A DNA stretch of 64,000 nt from Candidatus Thiodiazotropha sp. (GCA_040506195.1 JBEVXH010000010.1:16993-80992); one strand, 5' to 3'; counted from the first letter of the stretch, positions 22,627-33,974 are shown. A program made the numbers and translations. The notes: generated by a model not told the origin, from the sequence alone.

Positions 22627-23502
22627 ATGGAATTAAATACCCTTCGCGCCTTTGTCCAGGTGGCTCATGACGGCTCATTCTCACTGGCGGCTGAACATCT
22701 CTTTCTCACCCAACCCGCCATCAGCAAGCGTATAGCCACATTGGAGAGTGAACTCGATAGCCGATTGTTCGATCGCATGGGACGCCAGATCTTTCTTACC
22801 GAAGCCGGGCGGCATCTACTCCCGAGAGCGGAGCATATCATTGATCAGTTGAGCGATATGCGCCGGGAACTTGCCAACCTCACCGGCCGGGTTGCCGGGA
22901 GCCTGGCAATGGCCACGAGCCATCACATCGGCCTGCATCGACTGCCAGCCGTACTGCGCAGCTACAGTGACACTAACCCACAAGTTGATCTGGATATCCG
23001 TTTCATGGAGTCGGAAAAGGCGTGTCAATCAGTGGAACAGGGGGAGTTGGAGCTTGCAGTCGTTACCCTCCCGTTGAATCCTGTAGACGCCCTGCAGAGC
23101 AGGACGATTTGGCATGACCCAATGGCTGTGGTGGTCGGACTGGACCATCCCCTGGCAAAGCAGCGTGTGGTGAGTCTGCGTGAATTATTGGATTACCCTG
23201 CGGTTCTGCCATCCCGCGGCACTTATACCCGAAGCCTGATTGAGCAACGCATCGGCCAGCACCACCTGCATGTCAATTGCACGCTTTCCACGGACTACCT
23301 CGAAACCCTGAAAATGATGGCCACCATAGGCCTGGGCTGGAGTCTCCTGCCTGAGATCCTGGTGGATGATCACCTGGTTCAGTTACAGGTACCCAAGCTG
23401 AAGCTAAGCCGTTCGCTTGGTATCGTCACGCATCATAAACGTACCCTATCCAACGCTGCACGTGCGATGCGGGAACTGTTACTGTTTTCCGGCAACAAAT
23501 AG
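22627..23502 (+). CDS. LysR-family transcriptional regulator divergent from leuC
   Basis: SFSLAAEHLFLTQPAISKRI HTH and a LysR substrate-binding domain. Confidence 0.92.
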   Translation: MELNTLRAFVQVAHDGSFSLAAEHLFLTQPAISKRIATLESELDSRLFDRMGRQIFLTEAGRHLLPRAEHIIDQLSDMRRELANLTGRVAGSLAMATSHHIGLHRLPAVLRSYSDTNPQVDLDIRFMESEKACQSVEQGELELAVVTLPLNPVDALQSRTIWHDPMAVVVGLDHPLAKQRVVSLRELLDYPAVLPSRGTYTRSLIEQRIGQHHLHVNCTLSTDYLETLKMMATIGLGWSLLPEILVDDHLVQLQVPKLKLSRSLGIVTHHKRTLSNAARAMRELLLFSGNK

Positions 23503-23559
23503 CCCCGGCAACCCCCGATTACTTCAGAGATTGCCGGTAAGCATGTGTATACGATTGTA

Positions 23560-23988
23560 TCAACGGGTTCTTGCACAGACGCCTTCGGGAAAAAAGAAGC
23601 CGATCTCAACCCTGGCCGTATCCGGGCCGTCGGATCCGTGCACTGCGTTCTCATCCACCGTATCTGCAAAATCGACACGGATAGTACCTGCAGCCGCCTC
23701 TTGCGGATTGGTGGCGCCCATGATCTCACGGTTGCGGGAGATGGCGTTGTCGCCTTCCAGCACCTGTACCATCACAGGACCAGATGTCATGAAATCGATC
23801 AGATCATTGTAGAAGGGCCGCGCTTTGTGTACTGCATAGAATTCCCCCGCCTGCTCCCGGCTCAACTGGAACATCCGTGAGGCCACGATCCTCAAACCGG
23901 CGGATTCGAATCGGCTGTAGATCTTCCCGATCACGTTTTTTGCAACCGCATCCGGCTTGATGATGGATAGGGTCTGTTCGATGGCCAT
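23560..23988 (-). CDS. ndk: Nucleoside diphosphate kinase
   Basis: [21 protein letters not shown]. Confidence 0.97.
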   Translation of the reverse strand: MAIEQTLSIIKPDAVAKNVIGKIYSRFESAGLRIVASRMFQLSREQAGEFYAVHKARPFYNDLIDFMTSGPVMVQVLEGDNAISRNREIMGATNPQEAAAGTIRVDFADTVDENAVHGSDGPDTARVEIGFFFPEGVCARTR

Positions 23989-24166
23989 GATGGAGCTCCC
24001 GAGTCAGTCGTTAGTGAATGGATTCAAAGATTGGATTTCGATGCTGCGGTGCAGCATGGGCGCAACTTACTGTCCATCACAATTGCTGTCAAGTCATTTT
24101 GAGGACAGGGTACGATTTGTTGAATGCCGGGCCTGTCTGTCGTAGGCGCGCCTCAGCAGCGCTCAC

Positions 24167-25306
24167 CTACTTGTTCCTTTCGACCCAGCGCCAGGCTACG
24201 ACAACCGCCAATAGTGCATAAGCTGCTGCAATCCAAAAGGTGGCGGCGGGTCCGATGCCACTCCAAAGATACCCGCTGAGAAGACTGCCGAAGGCCCCAC
24301 CCGCACCAAAACTGATACTGCTGTAGAGCGCCTGGCCCCTACCCTGATGGCGACCGATGAAATAATGATGTACCAGATGAATGGCTGCGGCATGAAAGGT
24401 TCCAAATGTGGCCGCGTGCATGACCTGGGCCAGCAGCACCAGGAACAGATTATCAGGTGCTGATCCAACCAGAATCCAACGCACCACCGCAATCACAAGG
24501 CTGATGATCAGCACCTTGCGCGCACCCCATTGATGCAACAGCCGGTGCATCACCAGAAACAGGCCCACCTCGGCGATCACACCGAGGGCCCACAGCTGTC
24601 CGATGACGCTGCTTGAATAACCTGCCTCTTCCATATAGATGGAGTAGAAGGCGTAGTAGGCGCTGTGGCTGGCCTGCATCAGAAAACAGACCACAAGAAA
24701 TGCGATCACATCACTCCGCCGCAACACATGTAAGATCGATCCCTGATCATGTTCCGGCATTACCGCCTCTTTCTCCGGAACCAGCAGGCTATCGATCAAG
24801 ATGCCGAAAAAGAGAAGCAACACAAAATAGGGAATCACCTCAACGCCCCACTGGTCGAGCATGATCCCCAATGCGACAACGGTCAGGATAAAACCGATCG
24901 AACCCCATAAACGGATCAGACTGTAGCGTTGAATACGCTCCCGCAGGTAACTCATGGTAACTGCCTCGAATTGCGGCAGCGACGCATTCCAGAAAAAACT
25001 GAACAGCATCATCACCAAGGCGAAAGGCCAGAAACCGTCTGCGATGAAGACCCCCAGAAAACAGCATAACGAGAGCAGCGATGCCAGGCGTACAATGGGC
25101 ATGCGGTGGCCGGTATGGTCACCGATCCAGCCCCAGATATTGGGTGCGATCAGTTTAGTAACCATGATCACCGCCATCAGCTCGCCGATCTCTACCGGGG
25201 TGAAATGCCGTGCTTGCAGGTAGAGTCCCCAGAAAGGGATCAGGGCACCGAGGGATGCAAAGTAAAAAAAGTAGAAGCTGGAAAGACGCCAGTAGGGCAT
25301 CCGCAT
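24167..25306 (-). CDS. MFS transporter
   Basis: About 12 hydrophobic segments; YSLIRLWGSIGF and GRGQALY motifs. Confidence 0.85.
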   Translation of the reverse strand: MRMPYWRLSSFYFFYFASLGALIPFWGLYLQARHFTPVEIGELMAVIMVTKLIAPNIWGWIGDHTGHRMPIVRLASLLSLCCFLGVFIADGFWPFALVMMLFSFFWNASLPQFEAVTMSYLRERIQRYSLIRLWGSIGFILTVVALGIMLDQWGVEVIPYFVLLLFFGILIDSLLVPEKEAVMPEHDQGSILHVLRRSDVIAFLVVCFLMQASHSAYYAFYSIYMEEAGYSSSVIGQLWALGVIAEVGLFLVMHRLLHQWGARKVLIISLVIAVVRWILVGSAPDNLFLVLLAQVMHAATFGTFHAAAIHLVHHYFIGRHQGRGQALYSSISFGAGGAFGSLLSGYLWSGIGPAATFWIAAAYALLAVVVAWRWVERNK

Positions 25307-25317
25307 CGGGTTAGGCC

Positions 25318-26415
25318 CTAGTCGTTTGAAGCAAGATCCGTCAGACCGGAATCTACGTCCATATTCTGTCCACGATGGCGCAGCACGTGATCCATTACCA
25401 CGATCGCCATCATAGCCTCGGCAATCGGCGTGGCCCGAATCCCGACACAGGGATCATGACGCCCTTCGGTGACAACCTCGACAGGATCACCGTCACGATT
25501 GACTGTCTTACCAGGCAAACGCAGACTCGATGTCGGCTTCAGGGCTATCGAGGCCAAGAGATCCTGACCGCTGGATATTCCTCCCAATACACCCCCGGCG
25601 TGATTGGTAAGGAAACCGTCGGGGGTCATCTCATCCCGATGCTCGGTGCCCTTCTGCTCGACACAGTGGAAGCCGGCCCCCAGTTCGACGCCTTTTACCG
25701 CATTGATGCTCATCAGTGCGTGGGCAAGATCGGCATCCAGACGGTCGAAGACGGGTTCACCCAAGCCGGCGGGCATGCCGCTGGCTGCCACGTTGATGCG
25801 GGCGCCTATGGAGTTTCCCTCTTTTCGCAGGGTATCCATGTACGACTCCAGCTCCGCCACCTTGTCCGCATCGGGACAGAAAAAGGGATTTTTCTCCACC
25901 TGATCCCAATCGAGCTTTTCAGCCTTGATCGGACCCAGCTGAGCCAGGTAGCCGCGGATCTGAATGCCGTAGCGCTCGCGCAGATACTTTTTTGCGATTC
26001 CGCCTGCGGCGACGCGCATCGCGGTTTCGCGTGCCGAGGAACGACCACCGCCCCGGTAATCCCGGAATCCGTATTTCTGATTGTAGGTGTAGTCGGCGTG
26101 TCCCGGCCGAAAGCGGTCCATGATCTCGGAGTAGTCCTTAGAACGTTGATCGGTGTTGCGGATAATCAGGCCGATGGGGGTACCGGTGGTTTTACCCTCG
26201 AAGACGCCGGAAAGAATCTCCACTTCGTCCGCCTCCCGCCGCTGGGTGGTATGGCGTGAGGTGCCGGGTTTGCGGCGATCCAGATCGTGCTGCAGATCGC
26301 CGGCGGCGAGTTCCAGCCCCGGAGGACAGCCGTCAACGATACAACCGATGGCGGTACCGTGGGACTCGCCAAAGGAGGTCACACTAAAGAGTTTACCGAT
26401 AGTATTGCCAGACAT
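25318..26415 (-). CDS. aroC: Chorismate synthase
   Basis: MSGNTIG...[30 protein letters not shown]. Start at ATG 26415. Confidence 0.97.
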   Translation of the reverse strand: MSGNTIGKLFSVTSFGESHGTAIGCIVDGCPPGLELAAGDLQHDLDRRKPGTSRHTTQRREADEVEILSGVFEGKTTGTPIGLIIRNTDQRSKDYSEIMDRFRPGHADYTYNQKYGFRDYRGGGRSSARETAMRVAAGGIAKKYLRERYGIQIRGYLAQLGPIKAEKLDWDQVEKNPFFCPDADKVAELESYMDTLRKEGNSIGARINVAASGMPAGLGEPVFDRLDADLAHALMSINAVKGVELGAGFHCVEQKGTEHRDEMTPDGFLTNHAGGVLGGISSGQDLLASIALKPTSSLRLPGKTVNRDGDPVEVVTEGRHDPCVGIRATPIAEAMMAIVVMDHVLRHRGQNMDVDSGLTDLASND

Positions 26416-26444
26416 GATATCCCCTGGGGGCCTGTTAACAGGCC

Positions 26445-27767
26445 CTAGCGCTCCAGCCAACCATTGACCCGCTCCAGGTCCGATTCGCTCAAGTTGCCGG
26501 CAGCGGACTTCAGGTTGAGCCCGTTGATGATGTAGCTGTAACGGGAATTGAGATAATCGCGTTGCGAAGAGAAGAGGTTACGCTGCACATTGAGCACATC
26601 GACGATAGTCCGGGTTCCCACCTCGTAACCCGCCTGGGTCGACTCCAGCGCGCTTTGGGCCGATACGGTCGCCGCTTTCAACGCCTCCACCTGGCTGATG
26701 GTGGAGAGTACGCCACGATATGCATCCCTCACCTGCCGGTTTACCGCGCGGCGTGTTTGATCCAGACCCTGCTGGCTGGCGCGAAAGTTCGCCTGGGCCT
26801 GGCGGGTTTGCGCACTGACCGCTCCACCCGTGTAGATCGGCACCTCCAGGGAGAGTCCGATGGTACCCGTATCGGATTCGGTGGCGGTATCGGAATCGCT
26901 GCGGTTCATTGAATAGCCACCCACTAGATCCAGGGTCGGATAATGGCCTGACCGGCTGACGTCGATCTCCTGTTTGAGACTCTCGAGACCGGCGCGGGCT
27001 GCGATGATGCTGTAATTCTGCTGCTGGGCCGTATCCGACCACTCCTGAAGATCGTTGGGCACGGGTGGATTGAGCGCCAGTCCCTCACCCAGTTTGACCA
27101 ATCCCTGCTTCGGTTGCGAACCGATGATTTCAAACAGCGCCTCCCAGGCATTGTCGAGACTGTTCTCGGCGGCAATCTCCGATGCCCTGGCCGCATCGAA
27201 TGCCGCCTGGGCCTCGTGCACGTCGGTAATCGCGATCAGGCCGACATCGAAACGCTGCTGTGCCTGTTCGAGCTGACGACCGGTGGCCTCGCGTTCCGCC
27301 TTGGCGACGCGAAGATCGTCCTCGGCGGAGAGAATATTGAAATAGGTGGTGGTACTGCGCACCATCAGATCGATCTCCGCCGCCGCATACTCGGCCTCGG
27401 CCTCGGCGATGGTACTGTCCGCCTGCTCCAGCTGCAGTAACCGGTCCCGGCGATAGATCGGCTGGGTCAGGTTCAAGCCAAGCGCCTTGTCATGACTGGT
27501 GCTTTGATCATCGAAGGGAACTCCCTGCAGGGTTTTGAGATCTCTGCGCACCACATCGTAGGTAGCGCCCAATCCAATAGTCGGCAACAGCTGGGAACGG
27601 GCGAGACTCTTGGCTTCACGAGCTGCGCTCAACTGTTCCTTGGCAGCCTGCAATTGAGGATCATTCTGCAATGCCTGTTGATAGACCGTCATCAAATCCT
27701 CTGCCTGAACTGATAACGTGGGAATAAGTGTCACTAGAAGCAGGATCAATCGTTTTATCGATTTCAT
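26445..27767 (-). CDS. tolC: TolC-family outer membrane protein
   Basis: Signal peptide, [25 protein letters not shown]. Confidence 0.9.
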   Translation of the reverse strand: MKSIKRLILLLVTLIPTLSVQAEDLMTVYQQALQNDPQLQAAKEQLSAAREAKSLARSQLLPTIGLGATYDVVRRDLKTLQGVPFDDQSTSHDKALGLNLTQPIYRRDRLLQLEQADSTIAEAEAEYAAAEIDLMVRSTTTYFNILSAEDDLRVAKAEREATGRQLEQAQQRFDVGLIAITDVHEAQAAFDAARASEIAAENSLDNAWEALFEIIGSQPKQGLVKLGEGLALNPPVPNDLQEWSDTAQQQNYSIIAARAGLESLKQEIDVSRSGHYPTLDLVGGYSMNRSDSDTATESDTGTIGLSLEVPIYTGGAVSAQTRQAQANFRASQQGLDQTRRAVNRQVRDAYRGVLSTISQVEALKAATVSAQSALESTQAGYEVGTRTIVDVLNVQRNLFSSQRDYLNSRYSYIINGLNLKSAAGNLSESDLERVNGWLER

Positions 27768-27869
27768 TGTTATTCCATCGCCTGAACGGCAGTCAAACTA
27801 TAAAAATACCGGGTGACTTTACCATAGATCGCCTGCCTGGCCTGTAACAAAAATCAACCGTCCCCACGG

Positions 27870-28748
27870 CTATTCATCCGTCGGCATGGGGGGGACCAGG
27901 AGTTGCGGGTCGATGCGGGCCTGGCGAAGATTCATGCGCCAGTCGAGATGCGCACCGGTTACCCGGCCGGTGGCGCCGATCTCGGCGATCGGATCACCCT
28001 GTTTTACCCGGTCACCCTCCTTGACCAGGACCTTATGCAGATGCAGAAAGGAGGACGATAGCTGATGACCGTGATCGACGATCAAGGTTCCTCCGGAATA
28101 GAACATATCAGGATAGGCCAGGGTCACCACACCATCCGCCGGCGCCACCACCAGCGTTCCCACTGGCGCAGCTATGTCGATACCGAAGTGTGGCCGTTTG
28201 GGGGTACCATTGAGAATCCGTTGACTGCCGTAGACACCGGAGATAATCCCTTTCGCCGGCCAGATGAATCCATTAGCGAAGTCACTGCGGTCATCGTCGC
28301 GCTTGCGAGCCTGCTTCACCAGCGCCGCCTCCTTCTTGATCCGCGCCCAATCTCTTTTCGGGGGTGTGACCTTGCTCGGGGGGAGACCCTCGATTTTCTG
28401 AATCCGATAGGCTCTTTTGGCAATTTCAATCTGCCGTTTTTCGACTCTCTTACCCGCCCTGTTAACTTCCAAGGTATGCCGCAGGCTGTCATCCCTGCCA
28501 AAACCAATTAAAAAAAACCCCTCGGGGGAGACACGAATCGGTTTATCGTTGAATCTGATCTGGTTGCCCGGCTCTGTTTTACCGATCAGCATTCCCCCCT
28601 GGACCCTCTCACCTTCCAGGGTTACCGAGAGAACCGTGGACGGCAACAGACATATGGCCAGTAGAAAAAGTAGGTGTCTCTTGCTTAAGGCATCCAATAG
28701 CATAAAAATCATGGTAACCCTGCACTGGGGGTCCGATATGAATGGCAC
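27870..28748 (-). CDS. M23-family metallopeptidase
   Basis: HFGIDIA (HxxxD), HLHKV and GAHLDW motifs; the true start may be a few codons downstream. Confidence 0.88.
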   Translation of the reverse strand: MPFISDPQCRVTMIFMLLDALSKRHLLFLLAICLLPSTVLSVTLEGERVQGGMLIGKTEPGNQIRFNDKPIRVSPEGFFLIGFGRDDSLRHTLEVNRAGKRVEKRQIEIAKRAYRIQKIEGLPPSKVTPPKRDWARIKKEAALVKQARKRDDDRSDFANGFIWPAKGIISGVYGSQRILNGTPKRPHFGIDIAAPVGTLVVAPADGVVTLAYPDMFYSGGTLIVDHGHQLSSSFLHLHKVLVKEGDRVKQGDPIAEIGATGRVTGAHLDWRMNLRQARIDPQLLVPPMPTDE

Positions 28749-28775
28749 TTACTTGAGGACGAATTTCAGGGTTTT

Positions 28776-28854
28776 CGTCAATCCGGCGCAGGCCCGAATC
28801 CAGGAATACCGTCACCATCAAGCCTTCTGGATCCCAGCCTGTGCCGGGATGACG
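28776..28854. repeat. REP-like imperfect inverted repeat
   Basis: CGTCAATCCGGCGCAGGCCCGAATCCAG ... CTGGATCCCAGCCTGTGCCGGGATGACG. Confidence 0.7.
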
Positions 28855-28969
28855 GTGGTTCTTGGCTCAAGTAAGCGCCATTCGGATCCGATATCACTTA
28901 TCCGATGGCGCGTATCACAGCAAACTACCACAGTTGAGATTGACCAGCCAACCGGATCGACCAAGAGGA

Positions 28970-28998
28970 TTGACAGAAAAAGAAACTGGTTGTAGAGT
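28970..28998 (+). promoter_or_regulatory. Sigma70 promoter of tRNA-Leu
   Basis: TTGACA-N17-TAGAGT followed by a GC-rich discriminator. Confidence 0.7.
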
Positions 28999-29037
28999 GC
29001 GCGGTCTCTACGCCGGCCACCGGCAAGCCACATCCTA

Positions 29038-29124
29038 GCCGAGGTGGTGAAATTGGTAGACACGCTAGCTTCAGGTGCTAGTGGGGGCAACCCCGTGGAG
29101 GTTCAAGTCCTCTCCTCGGCACCA
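29038..29124 (+). tRNA. tRNA-Leu (CAG)
   Basis: GCCGAGG/CCTCGGC acceptor stem, anticodon arm CTAGC-TTCAGGT-GCTAG, long variable arm, GTTCAAG T-loop, encoded CCA. Confidence 0.97.
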
Positions 29125-29328
29125 ATTTCCCAGACCATCCCAGACAATAAAAAACAACAGAACACACTGTTTTTATAATAGTTTTCTTGCGTCTGCAATT
29201 TCACTTGGTTGTCTCTCATGGTCTCAGATAGTCGTAAAAATGGAACGTGAGTGGAACGTGGGTGGAACGCAGATTGTTTCTTTTTTACCAAAGTGCCTCC
29301 ACACGCATGGTTCATAATTCCTACGCAG

Positions 29329-30576
29329 TCATGTCTCATTAACCGATGAAAGAGGCGTGCGCATGCGTCCGTGTAAAGACTGTCGAACGAATAACACTGA
29401 AGCGCTCTCATTCGACTCTACGAGTTGCCGAATCTGACCTGTTACATCGTCGATGTTATTTAACTTGGATGCGGCATCCATTGCACGGTCATAGGCCTCT
29501 ACCACATCGGCGCTGGTCACTTCGTAACCCCATCCCTCACTCAACCAGCGAAGCGCAGCCATGGCGGAACCGAGAGCAAATGCCGGTTCCGTGTCGAGGT
29601 AGTCCCTCGCCGCTCTTGTCAGCGTTTTCGGATCGCAGGGGGTTCGATTCGCTAACTCCAACGCCAGATCATAAAGCTTGAGATCCTTTGCCGTGGCGAA
29701 CCACTTGCCCTCTTCTCCCGGCGTCGCGGCAATCAGGTCGGCCAAAATCTGTGGCTGGCCCTTCATAGGATAGCGCTTTGCAACCGTGCGAAATCGGGCG
29801 ATATAGGAGTTTCCCACCACAGTGCTCAATCCATAGCGTTGGTAGGCCTCCTCATGCAAACCAGAGGAGATCAGGATCTCCTCACAGGCCTGGTCAATCA
29901 CGGTATCCGGCTGATTCAATCCCCGCGAGGCCTCGGCATACTGGATGGCTTCCGCCTTCTTGCCCAGGGCCAGGAGCGCCTCAACACCATAGCGCCGGTA
30001 ATGCCACATGGGGTACCGATCCAGTTCCAAAAGCTCGAGCAACTCTTGGTGCCTTCCCGACATCATGAGACAGGACAAACACGCCGTCGTGCCGTGGAAA
30101 TAGTTACCTGGATTAGGATCTGTCCAACAGGATCGCAACGTGGAAACCAGATCATCGGCCCATCGCTCGGCAACTTCCACCGAGCCACAAATCTCACCCC
30201 ACCGGTCACCAACCGGGCTGAGGTAGTCAACGCCATCCACCTCCATAGCCTGCCAGAGCCGGTCGAGCCATTTGTTACGAGTATTCTCGTCAGAAGGTGC
30301 CTTGATGATGATTGGTATCAACGCAACCAGCGCCTTGTTGACGGCCGATCCCAGGGCACCACTGGAGCTGTCCACGTGCTGCAACGCCGGCCAAATCTTC
30401 TCCATCAGACGGACCGCGCCCTCGGCCCCGAGAACGGGATCTCTTTTCACGACATTTTTTATCTCGGAGATGGCTTCACGGAGACGCTGGCACGCCAGCT
30501 TGGATGCTTTCCAGCTGTATGCGCCAGCTCGAAAGCGTGCTGGAAAAATCCATTTGTGTTTTTCGGGCTTACTCAT
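29329..30576 (-). CDS. Hypothetical, probably all-alpha protein
   Basis: Long ORF with no catalytic motif recognised. Start set at MSKPEKH (30576). Confidence 0.7.
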   Translation of the reverse strand: MSKPEKHKWIFPARFRAGAYSWKASKLACQRLREAISEIKNVVKRDPVLGAEGAVRLMEKIWPALQHVDSSSGALGSAVNKALVALIPIIIKAPSDENTRNKWLDRLWQAMEVDGVDYLSPVGDRWGEICGSVEVAERWADDLVSTLRSCWTDPNPGNYFHGTTACLSCLMMSGRHQELLELLELDRYPMWHYRRYGVEALLALGKKAEAIQYAEASRGLNQPDTVIDQACEEILISSGLHEEAYQRYGLSTVVGNSYIARFRTVAKRYPMKGQPQILADLIAATPGEEGKWFATAKDLKLYDLALELANRTPCDPKTLTRAARDYLDTEPAFALGSAMAALRWLSEGWGYEVTSADVVEAYDRAMDAASKLNNIDDVTGQIRQLVESNESASVLFVRQSLHGRMRTPLSSVNET

Positions 30577-30851
30577 TCCAGTGCGCGCAATAACTGAAAC
30601 ACCCATCAGTTGACCAGCTAAAGCAGCAGAACTGCTGACACACGCGGATTATCAGCGCACATGGCACTCTCTTTCTCTGTTATTGACACAATGATGTCAT
30701 AACTCATATCAGACAATCACGCATAATAAGATGCGCATCCCTCAGTTCTAAAGTATTTTCTACGAATGACGTTGCTTCCATCTTTTTCTTTTCAAGCTGG
30801 CCACGGAGCCAGTCCTGAGATCGGGATAGTTCGGGTTGCTGATCAGGATTT

Positions 30852-33800
30852 CTATTGCACGAGTTCATTCATTCGCTCTTGGAAATAGCTTGGGTATTTC
30901 TCCATCACCGCTTTGGCTCCACCCCGGGCTTGTTTCAGCGCCTTCACGAGATCCTTCTTCTGAGTCGCTGCCAGATTCAAGGATGCAGCGAGGTCCTGAG
31001 AGATAACACGGTCCGAAATGCCAAGCTCATAAAGGGCAACGGTGGTTTCCGTGGGCAGACCATATTTAAGGCGCTTTTGAAAAAGCTGCAGGCGATTGAC
31101 CAGGTCTCCGGTGCCGTCTTGGTCAAGTGTTTCAGTGAATTCACACAACGCACCTACCAGCAGCGCACCATCATATGCGAGCGTCCCTTCGCAGACGTCG
31201 ACAACATGATCGATCTTGAACTCCCTCCGTCGGGTACCCCATATCATTTTGGCTTTACGCTGACGGATGATTTCCAGTAAGTCTCTGAAAGGCAGCCCAC
31301 TGATCCATCCAAGCGCGATTTCCTTAAGCACCTCTGGTTTATCGAACTTTGTGAATACGCCGCTGTTGATATGCCGGGTGAGCAATGGCCAGAAAAGGTC
31401 GAGCGCTTCTGTTTCATCAACAATCGAAAGCAGGCGGTCAGCGTTGGCCTGAACCCATTCCTCAATGGCTTGGGCATCCTGAACACCATAAAGTGTTCTG
31501 CCATAGATTATACGGCGAGGCGGATCGGTGATGTTTGCGGAGATGTTCCCAGCGAGAAGCTGAAACAACTCGCGGATATGCTCTTTTTTCTGATCATCAG
31601 CCAGGAAGAAAGCAAGCGTACCTTCGGCTAGGCGGGTCACATCGGCCTCTGAAAGACCATCCTCCTTCTCATCCCAATGGGATAACAGGAAGCTCTCGAC
31701 GGCACAAATGAGGCTGATTCTCCATGCAACTTGCCGCTCAACACCGTCTCGTGAGAATCCTTTATCTCCATGTTGAGCAGCTATCCCGGCAGCGATCTGG
31801 GCAATTTCATCTGGGTTGCTGATGTAGCCCTTAGCAAAATCCAGAGCCTCCATGGTGATGGTGTATTTCTCGTCATCACTCTTGATGGGATCGAAGATCG
31901 ATAGGAGATTGCTGATGCATGGCTCCGAATTGTGCGGCTCCAGAAGTTCTTTCATCTGATCCCAGCGCCATTTGCCGTTACGGGCCTTCCGCTTGTCATA
32001 GATCACCGGATCTGCGAACAGGATACTGCCTTCGGTATGCATCCCGGCTCGGCCCGCTCGGCCAATGAGGTTGTGGAAATCGCGAACCTTGATGCGCTCC
32101 ATGCCCTGATAGACACTGGTCACGATGAGGTATCGAATCGGCAAATTTACGCCCTGTGCCAAAGTGGATGTGCAAACAACGAATCGCACAAGGTCGTCAC
32201 GCATGGCGTGTTCTACCGCCAGCCGGATACCGTGTGGTGTATTGCCATGATGGGAAAAAATACCATGTGCTGCGCTCTGGGATGCTGGGGCGTCAGCTCC
32301 GAGATTCTCAACGTGAAGATGAGTCAGGCACTCAACTTCCTGGGCGTCTGAAAAATCTGAAGGCAAAGCCAGAGGTGCGCCTCGCTCGATAACATCGACA
32401 GCCTTTTCACAGATGTTTGCCGCTGTCGACTTCCTCCCGCAGAAAACAGCGATGCTGCCATTCGGGACCAATTTCAGACCGAGGTAAAGCGCAATGGCCT
32501 GGCCATCATCTTTCTCTGGGAAGTAGCGGTCTTTCTGTTCTCTGCCTCTCCTCCCGAGATTGAATCGCTCAATCACCCTCGGAACGAAAAACTCGTTCTG
32601 TTCTGCGTCACGGCTGTCAACGTACTCGATCCTCCCCAACTGATCGAGCCAGCTCGCGAACCCGACCGACCTGAAAGTCGGAATCAGTGTAGTGCCTTCG
32701 ACGACATTAGGCTCGCCGTTCAGCCATTCGCCGACAGCCTCGGCATTGCTGATCACTGCCGATATCAGCACCTTTTGGGTTCCTGCAGGAATCATGGAGC
32801 GCAGAGATGTTAGGAGCAGCTCGTATGTTATGCCTCGCGTGCCGCTGTCAAACTGGTGGCCTTCATCAAAGACCAGCAACCCAACGTGGGCAGCCAGCTC
32901 CGGAGCGTGCCGAAGGACGTAGAGCAGCTTCTCGGGGGTTACAACCAGGATCTGTTGGTGCCCCAGGAGTTCGGCAATCTCGAAGTCGGTCTGTAGGGCA
33001 TCGGATAATTCATCAACCTTGGTGGGTTCGTTATTGAATGCTTCGACGAGGCTGTTCTTGATTTCATGGCATAGCGCCCTGAATGGAGCGATGATGATGG
33101 CCAGCGCTATGCGATCAGCCAGAAACGCGCTTCGAAGGATCAGTTCCGTTGCCTTCGTTTTGCCGGCGCTGGTGGGCATTTGAACGATGGCGGACTCGCC
33201 TTTGAGAACATCAGCCTTGCCCAAAAGGTGTTGCGCGGGCCAGAGCTCCTTGATGAAGGACTCCTTTTGCAGCGCATTTAACCATTTGTCGCGGGGCAGC
33301 CCGGAATATGACGGCAAAGCCTTCCAGACAGAATTTTCGAGTTTTTTCCTCAGAACGGCCGCAATCACATCACCAAATAGAAGCTGCCTTGGCGTGCCAA
33401 TTTCATAGACGGCGTCTCTCAGCTTCGTGGCTAAATCGAGAAGGTTGTCTTCACCATTCCCATCCTCGAAAAACTGGAGGAGCCATCGGGAAGTGCCGTC
33501 GAGAAATTCTCCAAAAGGTCCTTCAGCTCCGTCAAAATAGGTTTCGAGGTCGGCCTGCAACAACCAGAGCAACAGGTCTTCCAAGCCATCGCCATCCAGA
33601 TCTGGGCAGTCCTCATCGATGCGCTTCGCCAATACCGACGCGCTTCCGGGAAGATCGCACAGGTAATAGGAGGCAGAGCCCATAAGCACGAGGTATGGAT
33701 CAAGTGCCTCGTTCAGCTTTGATTGGAGGTAGGAGTCGAAAAAGCGGGCAGAAAAAAGCAGATTGGTTCTCAGCTCCGAGAGGGAGCCGGGATCTGGCTC

Positions 33801-33974
33801 CTCACGGTTGATGGCGGCGGCAAGGTCGCCCAGCAAACCAATCGAGATGGTGAAGAGCTTGGCCGGATCTTGGGTAATTTTGATGTGATGCTCTTCCGGA
33901 ACACCGTACTCGAGCATCTTGGCTTTTGACCTGGTGACGCCAAGCAGGAGTTGGGATTTCTGTTCAGGCCTCAT
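30852..33974 (-). CDS. hamB: Ski2-like DExH helicase, Hachiman HamB-like
   Basis: MPTSAGKT, DEGH, SAVISN, HHGNTP, TSTLAQGVNLP, NLIGRAGRAG; overlaps the upstream hamA-like gene. Confidence 0.8.
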   Translation of the reverse strand: MRPEQKSQLLLGVTRSKAKMLEYGVPEEHHIKITQDPAKLFTISIGLLGDLAAAINREEPDPGSLSELRTNLLFSARFFDSYLQSKLNEALDPYLVLMGSASYYLCDLPGSASVLAKRIDEDCPDLDGDGLEDLLLWLLQADLETYFDGAEGPFGEFLDGTSRWLLQFFEDGNGEDNLLDLATKLRDAVYEIGTPRQLLFGDVIAAVLRKKLENSVWKALPSYSGLPRDKWLNALQKESFIKELWPAQHLLGKADVLKGESAIVQMPTSAGKTKATELILRSAFLADRIALAIIIAPFRALCHEIKNSLVEAFNNEPTKVDELSDALQTDFEIAELLGHQQILVVTPEKLLYVLRHAPELAAHVGLLVFDEGHQFDSGTRGITYELLLTSLRSMIPAGTQKVLISAVISNAEAVGEWLNGEPNVVEGTTLIPTFRSVGFASWLDQLGRIEYVDSRDAEQNEFFVPRVIERFNLGRRGREQKDRYFPEKDDGQAIALYLGLKLVPNGSIAVFCGRKSTAANICEKAVDVIERGAPLALPSDFSDAQEVECLTHLHVENLGADAPASQSAAHGIFSHHGNTPHGIRLAVEHAMRDDLVRFVVCTSTLAQGVNLPIRYLIVTSVYQGMERIKVRDFHNLIGRAGRAGMHTEGSILFADPVIYDKRKARNGKWRWDQMKELLEPHNSEPCISNLLSIFDPIKSDDEKYTITMEALDFAKGYISNPDEIAQIAAGIAAQHGDKGFSRDGVERQVAWRISLICAVESFLLSHWDEKEDGLSEADVTRLAEGTLAFFLADDQKKEHIRELFQLLAGNISANITDPPRRIIYGRTLYGVQDAQAIEEWVQANADRLLSIVDETEALDLFWPLLTRHINSGVFTKFDKPEVLKEIALGWISGLPFRDLLEIIRQRKAKMIWGTRRREFKIDHVVDVCEGTLAYDGALLVGALCEFTETLDQDGTGDLVNRLQLFQKRLKYGLPTETTVALYELGISDRVISQDLAASLNLAATQKKDLVKALKQARGGAKAVMEKYPSYFQERMNELVQ

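Noticed and set aside
29125-30850. Integrase next to tRNA-Leu
   Set aside because: No ORF with tyrosine or serine recombinase motifs was found in the ORF track for this interval.
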